IMG/VR virus record: IMGVR_UViG_3300025314_000066
Coordinates: 1 to 32,036 of that record
Reading direction: 5' to 3' (one strand)
Length of the DNA: 32,036 nt
Origin: a virus
Taxonomy: Duplodnaviria > Caudoviricetes
Made by a program: the position numbers and the translations under genes. Numbering within the stretch: position 1 is the stretch's first letter; the number at the start of each line of letters is the position of its first letter. The notes under the pieces were generated by a model. The model did not search any database and was not told the DNA's origin. It was given only the letters and a program-made list of their open reading frames with translations. Of this stretch, positions 25,950-32,036 are shown piece by piece.

Positions 25950-26541
25950 ACGCACCAATAGGGACCTGTATAGGCCACCGCGATTACGCACACCACCTGC
26001 CCTTCCTACGGGTCCCCGCATGTACCGGGAGCCAAAGGATAAGGGTTACAAGGGTCCGACCAGTGAGCCGCCACCGGGGTTTGTGCGTGGCACCACGAGC
26101 AAGACAGAGTGGCAAATATTTCATGCCATGAGCAAAGTCATGGGCTACCCGCAAGACCCACGACAACCACCTTTCATCGGCATGCCCGGCATGTGGACAT
26201 ATCAAAAAGCATGGGACGAGGGGCGAAGGATGGTAGGGGGAAGCGTGGTCGATTTCCTTGTGTATTCAGGAAGTCGATCTAACATGGATATTGCCTTCCG
26301 GGTCGTTACCGAGCATTGGCATTTGTACGCCGGGATAGATCAGCAAGCCCACGATGCATTGCAGCGCGAGCGGCTATCTATGTACATGAGAGTGGTCGAT
26401 TTGTATGATTACAATTTTGCTTTCGACCCAACGAATCAAGCGGCGATTATCCTTATCAAACGGGCATTGAACGGCGAGGTTGAGCCGAATCCAGCAAACG
26501 ACGGCACTACCATGAGAGTGACAAGGGCTGCATACAAGTAG
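25939..26541 (+). CDS. Protein with DUF559/Vsr-like nuclease fold (degenerate motif)
   Basis: SKTEWQIF...YQ...VVDFLV...IAFRVVTEHWH...AHDALQRERL...RVVDL. Confidence 0.55.
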   Translation: MDRERTNRDLYRPPRLRTPPALPTGPRMYREPKDKGYKGPTSEPPPGFVRGTTSKTEWQIFHAMSKVMGYPQDPRQPPFIGMPGMWTYQKAWDEGRRMVGGSVVDFLVYSGSRSNMDIAFRVVTEHWHLYAGIDQQAHDALQRERLSMYMRVVDLYDYNFAFDPTNQAAIILIKRALNGEVEPNPANDGTTMRVTRAAYK

Positions 26542-27120
26542 TCAATCATCGGGGAATGATATGTGCTTCCAGTTTCTGCCACTTGTAATCATCCAGATCG
26601 CATTGCGGCTTACCCCGAACTCGGCGGCGAGGCTTGCGAGTGTGGTATCCCGCTGTTCGTATCGTCGTAGAATCTCACGAACATCGTCCTCAGTCAATCT
26701 ACTATGGCTATTGCCCTCACCGCTGAACTTGCGCGGTGGTTCTACGGGCTGGTCGCGTTTCTGTGGAAGCATTGGCCCGCGCCTGCCCATGTCTATCGTG
26801 TCGTTCATGTTGTCTTTGGGAGTGCCAGCGTATAAGTGTGCAGGATTGCAGCACATGGGATTGCCGCACTTGTGGAGTGCGTGCAGGCTATCTATGTGGA
26901 CACCAAGAGAAAGGATGAGGGCAACCCTATGGGCGTAAACATGAATCGTCGATTGGTCGCCGCATTGTTCAAGCCAATGCATCTTCCCATATCCGTACTT
27001 GTGGCAACTCATTGTCCACGGCCAGCAGGCATCAGGTCCGCCCGACTGATCTACACGCGACCAGAACTTGTCTACTTGTTCTTGAGTGAAATGGTGGGGG
27101 CGAGTACACTGAGGGTGCAT
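26542..27120 (-). CDS. HNH homing endonuclease with C-terminal HTH-like DNA-binding domain
   Basis: FWSRVD..G...CWPW, YAHRVA, LHKCGNPMCCNPAHL..GT..DN; SRLTEDDVREI...LAAEFGVS; RBS GGAG. Confidence 0.9.
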   Translation of the reverse strand: MHPQCTRPHHFTQEQVDKFWSRVDQSGGPDACWPWTMSCHKYGYGKMHWLEQCGDQSTIHVYAHRVALILSLGVHIDSLHALHKCGNPMCCNPAHLYAGTPKDNMNDTIDMGRRGPMLPQKRDQPVEPPRKFSGEGNSHSRLTEDDVREILRRYEQRDTTLASLAAEFGVSRNAIWMITSGRNWKHISFPDD

Positions 27121-27152
27121 AGCGTTACTCCAGTCTATAAACGTTGTGCCGC

Positions 27153-27198
27153 GCCTCCGGTCACTGCTATGACGCGGGGGCTTTCTCGTATTCTATCA
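27153..27198 (-). promoter_or_regulatory. HNH promoter (TGaTAGAAT) and leader hairpin
   Basis: Extended -10 at 27190-27198; hairpin GCCCCCG-C-GTCAT-AGCA-GTGAC-CGGAGGC at 27153-27181. Confidence 0.55.
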
Positions 27199-27265
27199 GA
27201 TGGACAAATGACAGTAGCGGTGTCGCTGTGAACGCGACAATAGAAACAAAGGACGGTGAGATACC

Positions 27266-28471
27266 ATGCTAATCAGGGGATATATCAGACGGGTAGACGA
27301 TGGGTCCGCTGTTCCTGACGGGACAGAGGTAGCGATTCGCCGCCATGTTGATGATTCGCTCATCTCTACTGCTGTCACTGTTGGCGGCATGTATGAACTC
27401 GTGCTGAACGGATCGCCGGGTCCGTATTATATCCGGGCGGCGATTGCCGATGAAGTGCATATCTCATCGTCCAAGGTCGTTGGCATGTCTGGCCCGCTGG
27501 ACGTGGGCAACCTGCCGTTGTACTTTCGGGGTCTGTGGAGTGACGGCTATATCGCCGGTTTCCTGAATGAATCCAGTGTGTATTCGAGCGGCGCGGGTAT
27601 GGCTGTGCTTGTGCGCTCAGGCGTGCATCTCGTCAAGGGCGTACTGTACGACCAACCGGGGGAGGAATCGCTGACGATTGATGCCCCGGATACCCAACCC
27701 CGGATTGATACCGTCGTTATTGAAGTGATGGTGCCGGGGAGTGGTCCCGATGTTGAGGGGCGAACACGGCTGGTGGTCAAGAAGGGCACGCCTGCTGCAT
27801 CCCCGGTTGCGCCATCGCTGACACAAACGACTGGTGGCATCTGGGAACACCCGCTTGCCAACATCACAGTTGATCCCGGCGTGTCCTCGATTGCATCCAA
27901 CAAGGTTGCAGACGTGCGTGTGCCCGCGAACGTGCAAATCAGCAACGGGTATATCGACACAGACATGATCGCTGATGGCGCGGTCAATATCGCCAAGATC
28001 ACCACGGGAACACTTGATGCCCGGTACTACACTGAGGCCGAAGTAGACCTCCTGCTTTCACAGCGCAGGCCGAAATCCGACCGGGGAACCTATGCGGCGA
28101 ACCAGACGGTTTCAACAGCAGGGACACGGCAGCCCACACAAGACGGGGTTACGGTGGGCGACCTTGGTTTCTCCGGGTTGCTCCCAAGTACCCAGTACAC
28201 CGTTGAAGTCTCGGTTGCGATGAGGATCACGGGTGGCCCCACGACCAGCCTGGCGCTTGGGTACAGCGTCATCGGGGCAAGCACCTCGGGAGCAAGTACC
28301 GACCTGATCCCGGTGCCAGATAATGCGAACTACCTGACATGGACATGGAATCATGTCAATACATCATCCCCCGGTGGCGCGATTACCGTTCGCCCGATGA
28401 CGACCTGGGGCGTGGGCACCTACACGGTGACATGGGTAAGCATTTCCGCGAGACTGGACCTGACCGCATGA
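27266..28471 (+). CDS. Tail fibre / minor tail protein
   Basis: PRIDTVV...KKGTPAASPVAPSLTQ...WEHPLANITV module; IADGAV..AKI motif; Thr-rich C-terminus. Confidence 0.7.
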   Translation: MLIRGYIRRVDDGSAVPDGTEVAIRRHVDDSLISTAVTVGGMYELVLNGSPGPYYIRAAIADEVHISSSKVVGMSGPLDVGNLPLYFRGLWSDGYIAGFLNESSVYSSGAGMAVLVRSGVHLVKGVLYDQPGEESLTIDAPDTQPRIDTVVIEVMVPGSGPDVEGRTRLVVKKGTPAASPVAPSLTQTTGGIWEHPLANITVDPGVSSIASNKVADVRVPANVQISNGYIDTDMIADGAVNIAKITTGTLDARYYTEAEVDLLLSQRRPKSDRGTYAANQTVSTAGTRQPTQDGVTVGDLGFSGLLPSTQYTVEVSVAMRITGGPTTSLALGYSVIGASTSGASTDLIPVPDNANYLTWTWNHVNTSSPGGAITVRPMTTWGVGTYTVTWVSISARLDLTA

Positions 28472-28671
28472 GTGAAGTGACCCGTTCCAATCCATTTGCA
28501 ACGGTGATTGATACCCGCCCCGGTGAAGTCCGGGTTCGGCTGGGTGATGGGGCTACCCTGCCGCGCTGGTATCCATCTGTCTTTGCAACCACCCCGATTG
28601 ATACCGTGGGATTCATGATTCGCCTAAACCAGGAGGACATGTTGTTCATCCCGCAAGGAATGACGATATAG
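28468..28671 (+). CDS. Hypothetical protein (67 aa)
   Basis: ATGA overlap with the tail-fibre stop. Confidence 0.6.
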   Translation: MSEVTRSNPFATVIDTRPGEVRVRLGDGATLPRWYPSVFATTPIDTVGFMIRLNQEDMLFIPQGMTI

Positions 28672-28761
28672 CAGGGGAGGGGGCATGAATGAATGTACCG
28701 CGCAACAACATAACAGCACGGCCTCATCTGTACTTGGTGCCGAAGCAAGGGCGGGGTGGTG

Positions 28762-28980
28762 ATGGACGGGAACAGCATAGCCCTACTCATAACCGCGATA
28801 GGCGGGCCGACCACTATCGGGATTCTCTACAAGTGGGCCAAGGCGCAAGGCAGGGCAGAAGCACTCCAGGAACAGTCGGCGGCTACGATCAAAGCGAAGG
28901 ACCAGGAGATAGCCGAACTGAACGTGGAGAATACACGTCTTTGGGAACTGCTGACACGCCCACCGGGGGCGAACCAATGA
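28762..28980 (+). CDS. Small membrane protein with coiled coil (lysis cassette)
   Basis: SIALLITAIGGPTTIGILY hydrophobic segment followed by heptads. Confidence 0.65.
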   Translation: MDGNSIALLITAIGGPTTIGILYKWAKAQGRAEALQEQSAATIKAKDQEIAELNVENTRLWELLTRPPGANQ

Positions 28981-29183
28981 GCGGTATGATGAATAAACTG
29001 CACGACATATGGTGCATCCTGACGCATCGGTGCCGACCGCACATGCAAGAGGACCAGTTCATGCAATACCTCAAAGAGGAGGAACAGGCTGCGCTTGATT
29101 CGGCCACCCGTATTCGTGAGCGCCGTCAACACGCGATGGTGGCAACGCTGCGCCACCAACGGGGGCAAGGGGGCTCGGTATGA
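28977..29183 (+). CDS. Hypothetical protein (68 aa)
   Basis: ATGA overlaps at both ends. Confidence 0.6.
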   Translation: MSGMMNKLHDIWCILTHRCRPHMQEDQFMQYLKEEEQAALDSATRIRERRQHAMVATLRHQRGQGGSV

Positions 29184-29812
29184 GTGAAGATGTTTTCCAA
29201 CTGATAGTCGTGTGGACGTTGTTTCTCACCACCATCGCACAATCTGCGGTCCATGGAAAAACCTGGTGGGCACTAAGGCCACAGGCGAAAGAGGATCGGC
29301 TTGCTACAACCCTGTTGCAGCGCGAGGGGGCGCTTGCTATGAAGGGCTTTGCGCGTGCCACTTTCGAGTTCGTGCTGGTCTGGCTAGTTGCCCGGGACAG
29401 GATGCCATTCAACGAAACAGCCCGCGAGATTATCTATGTGGTAACGGCGGCGCTTGCCATCTACGCGGTATGGCGTGGGTACAGGTTTATCGTCGCACTC
29501 CGGGCAGAGAACTGGGGACGGCCTGTTGAAACCAAGGATGCCCGTGATTTGCGGCAACAGGAAACACAGGACAAGTTGGACGAAACGGCGCTCGTGCTTG
29601 CAGAGACAAGTAGAATCAATGCAACCCGTGGCCGTCATATTAGTCTCAAAGGAATGGAGTTGGACAAACGTGTTATCAGGCTATCGCATCGGCAGCGTGC
29701 GCACGACAAGGAAGGAGCAGATCAGGCGGCGGTAGGCGTGCTGCAAGATGCAACCGATGTACGGCAAGGCGAACGTGAGGACGCGTTGGACTTACGGGAC
29801 AAGGAGGAATAG
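29180..29812 (+). CDS. Membrane protein (about 3 TM helices + charged tail), holin candidate
   Basis: Three hydrophobic segments; immediately precedes the endolysin. Confidence 0.6.
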   Translation: MSEDVFQLIVVWTLFLTTIAQSAVHGKTWWALRPQAKEDRLATTLLQREGALAMKGFARATFEFVLVWLVARDRMPFNETAREIIYVVTAALAIYAVWRGYRFIVALRAENWGRPVETKDARDLRQQETQDKLDETALVLAETSRINATRGRHISLKGMELDKRVIRLSHRQRAHDKEGADQAAVGVLQDATDVRQGEREDALDLRDKEE

Positions 29813-29814
29813 TC

Positions 29815-30651
29815 ATGGCACTTAAGACTTACACATTCGTTGGGTTGGCGAAACCCGTGTACCTGCCAGATGACATCTTGGTAGAAATCAAGATCATCCC
29901 CGCTGGCAACACCAACGTGCGTAGCAATACGAAACGTGCTGCCAGTGATGTGAAGTTTGTCACCCGTCACGAGACAGCGAACTTCAATGCCGGTGCCGAT
30001 GCGGATATGCACTATCGCTACCTGATGAGCAACCCCGATCCAGCAGCGGGATACAACACGGTCAGTGACGACAACAAGGTTATCCAACTCACGCCGTACG
30101 ATGAGGATACCTGGGCTGCGGGCACCTACACGGGGAACCACACCAGCGATCATCACGAATTGTGCGTAGATGCTGGAACGGATCATGCCAAGGCTCGTCG
30201 CATTGCTGCCGCCGTGGATGCCGGGGTGCTTCAATCCCGTGGGCTCACCCCGCAGGCTGGTTTGCTCCAGCATAACTACTGGACGGGCAAGAACTGCCCG
30301 TTGCTGATGAGGGCCAACAATAACGAAATCTGGAACTACTCGTACTACCCGATGGTCAAGAAGTTCCATGCAGACATCGTTGCCCATGTGAGCGGCGGCA
30401 TCGCTCCGACCCCTACCAAGCAGCGGACATTCACCACGCGGTTCGAGTTGTTGCTGCGGACATCGCCGGGTTTCTGGGACTACGCCAACAACAAGAGCAA
30501 CGTCGTTCGCACACTCCCATCTGGCACCAAGGGCACGATTGTATCCGGGCCGAAGGAGGTGGAGGGTATCGCGTGGTATGACATCAGTATCCCCGGTATC
30601 GGGACTGGCTGGGTGCAGGATGAGGTGCTTCACACGTTGACGATTGCGTAG
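29815..30651 (+). CDS. Endolysin: N-acetylmuramoyl-L-alanine amidase (Amidase_2) + SH3-like cell-wall binding domain
   Basis: HETAN, TWAAG...GN, ELC, QHNYWTGKNCP; C-terminal LRTSPG...WYDI...TGWV. Confidence 0.88.
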   Translation: MALKTYTFVGLAKPVYLPDDILVEIKIIPAGNTNVRSNTKRAASDVKFVTRHETANFNAGADADMHYRYLMSNPDPAAGYNTVSDDNKVIQLTPYDEDTWAAGTYTGNHTSDHHELCVDAGTDHAKARRIAAAVDAGVLQSRGLTPQAGLLQHNYWTGKNCPLLMRANNNEIWNYSYYPMVKKFHADIVAHVSGGIAPTPTKQRTFTTRFELLLRTSPGFWDYANNKSNVVRTLPSGTKGTIVSGPKEVEGIAWYDISIPGIGTGWVQDEVLHTLTIA

Positions 30652-30764
30652 GAGGTGATCGGGCACTACGTTGTGATAACGTTGTACTTGCCTATCTTCC
30701 GCCGCCCTATGCGGGTGTTGCGAACATGGGGCACCGTGCAGTCGTGAACCAAGGAGAATCCATC

Positions 30765-30860
30765 ATGGACAGACAAGACCCATTGAGCCTGTTGATTTAC
30801 GTTGTCGTGTTGATTGTGATTATCGTGGTGCTGTTCCGAGTCCTCGGGATCGCGCTGTAA
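30765..30860 (+). CDS. 31-aa single-TM peptide (not in the ORF track)
   Basis: AAGGAG RBS; MDRQDPLSLLIYVVVLIVIIVVLFRVLGIAL. Confidence 0.7.
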   Translation: MDRQDPLSLLIYVVVLIVIIVVLFRVLGIAL

Positions 30861-30871
30861 GGAGAAATGTC

Positions 30872-31168
30872 ATGGCACGAAAGAATGACCCGTGGGCAAA
30901 GCCCTCAAAACCCACGCCTGCCGGTAAATCATCTGCTGGCCGTGGTGTTGTGTCGGGGCCAGGCACGTTGAAGGCGGTAGGGAAGTCTCCCTTTGCATCG
31001 ACGAATCCGGGGCAATCAAGTCGGCCCGTAAAGGCAGCGCCCGCGCAGCCACGCTCGTTCCCCGGTGAACCTGGACCGAACTTCACGCCGAAACAATTGG
31101 AGCAACTTCGGAATATTGCAGGGGTTATGTATGGCCAAAAGCCTACGGCCAAGCGAAGGGGACAGTGA
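30872..31168 (+). CDS. Basic Pro/Lys/Gly-rich low-complexity protein
   Basis: AAGGAG RBS; very few acidic residues. Confidence 0.65.
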   Translation: MARKNDPWAKPSKPTPAGKSSAGRGVVSGPGTLKAVGKSPFASTNPGQSSRPVKAAPAQPRSFPGEPGPNFTPKQLEQLRNIAGVMYGQKPTAKRRGQ

Positions 31169-31491
31169 TGCAAAAAGAACCTCTTGCGATTATCGGTACG
31201 ATTGGCTCACTGATTGGTGCGTTCATTGTGCTGATGCAATCGTTCGGTATCCCGGTAACAGACGAGCAGTTGAACGCAATCCAGGACTTCGTGACCATTG
31301 CCGCGCCTATCCTGATTATGCTCATCGGTCGGCAGTTCGTATTCAGCCCGAACACCACTGAGGCCCTGACTGACAAGGCGTATGATGCAGGGCTACCACC
31401 AACACAGCCACAGCCTGACTTGCCATCCCCACCGGCTGACAATGATCCGGCTGCGCATCCCGACAGTCCGTTCATCAACCGACTAGGTTAG
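31168..31491 (+). CDS. Two-TM holin-like protein
   Basis: KEPLAIIG...SFGIPVTDEQ..AI...LIGRQFV layout; TGATG overlap. Confidence 0.65.
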   Translation: MQKEPLAIIGTIGSLIGAFIVLMQSFGIPVTDEQLNAIQDFVTIAAPILIMLIGRQFVFSPNTTEALTDKAYDAGLPPTQPQPDLPSPPADNDPAAHPDSPFINRLG

Positions 31492-31500
31492 GAGAACATC

Positions 31501-31836
31501 ATGGCAACAATCAACCTCGACAGGCGCTCGGATGCGCCTATCGTTATCAATGCGGCGGCGGCGGTAACGCCTGTGCCGGACGCGAACTCCGATGTGTACC
31601 TGGTTGCAGATAGCACGGCCACCATGTACCTGTCCTACACGGGCACCCCTACGGGCACGATCCGTGTATGGCTCACCGATGGAACGGACTGGTATGAAGG
31701 GGCATCGCACGCCTTCGATAGTGCGGACGGCAAGAGCGCGGTATCAATCGCGGTCCCTTCACGTGGGTTCACCTTGCAGGTGGAAACATTCACCGGGCTC
31801 ACCAGCAGTGTGACTGCCAAAGTCTCTAACAAGTAG
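31501..31836 (+). CDS. Hypothetical beta-rich protein
   Basis: AGGAG RBS; last gene before the terminator. Confidence 0.7.
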   Translation: MATINLDRRSDAPIVINAAAAVTPVPDANSDVYLVADSTATMYLSYTGTPTGTIRVWLTDGTDWYEGASHAFDSADGKSAVSIAVPSRGFTLQVETFTGLTSSVTAKVSNK

Positions 31837-31840
31837 ACAC

Positions 31841-31874
31841 AAGAAAGCCGGGGCTCAACACCCCGGCTTCTCTG
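31841..31874. terminator. Likely bidirectional terminator between convergent genes
   Basis: AAGCCGGGG-ctcaaca-CCCCGGCTT flanked by A-rich and T-rich tracts. Confidence 0.75.
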
Positions 31875-31880
31875 TGCGTG

Positions 31881-32036
31881 CTACTCAGTGGGCGCGTCGG
31901 GGGCTGGTTCCTCAGCGGGAGCATCGGCCTTGGGTTCCTCATACTTGCCGATGTCGCCCTCCTTGACGATGCTGGTGGTGCCGTCATCGAAACGGAATCG
32001 CACGCCCTCATCATAGGTGCCCAACACTTCGTCAAG
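31881..32036 (-). CDS. 3' end of a convergent hypothetical gene (partial)
   Basis: Open frame LDEVLGTYDEGVRFRFDDG...APTE* ending in TAG at 31881-31883. Confidence 0.6.
   Translation of the reverse strand, partial: LDEVLGTYDEGVRFRFDDGTTSIVKEGDIGKYEEPKADAPAEEPAPDAPTE

Noticed and set aside
28689-29183. 164-aa ORF as listed in the track
   Set aside because: Its 5' part overlaps the better-supported membrane gene at 28762; the ATGA-coupled start at 28977 is preferred.
30655-30747. 30-aa GTG ORF after the endolysin
   Set aside because: The SD-like AGGAG directly abuts the GTG with no spacing; no other support.

Overview
This window is almost entirely the packaging, virion and lysis arm of a tailed phage or prophage with a podovirus-like layout. 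The + strand carries a terminase large subunit, portal, a block of internal/ejection proteins (including a double-SLT + M23 hydrolase and a 2564-aa protein with a ParB-like domain), scaffold, major capsid, beta-helix tailspike, adaptor/nozzle, tail fibre, several membrane proteins and an amidase endolysin. An HNH endonuclease is inserted antisense in the tail module. A short leftward operon (DUF5662-like HD protein, HExxH protein) lies at the left end. The most unusual content is non-coding: a set of short 'promoter -10 box / structured RNA / terminator' cassettes. They are a 123-nt tRNA-like RNA (intact acceptor/D/T arms and CCA, 66-nt replacement of the anticodon/variable region), two candidate sRNAs sharing a CACTTTT(A)GCC motif, and a tRNA minihelix-like RNA between terL and portal. 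Three tandem TGTGA-N6-TCACA operator-like boxes lie next to the tRNA-like gene. All protein calls come from motif recognition and synteny by eye; no database searches were run.
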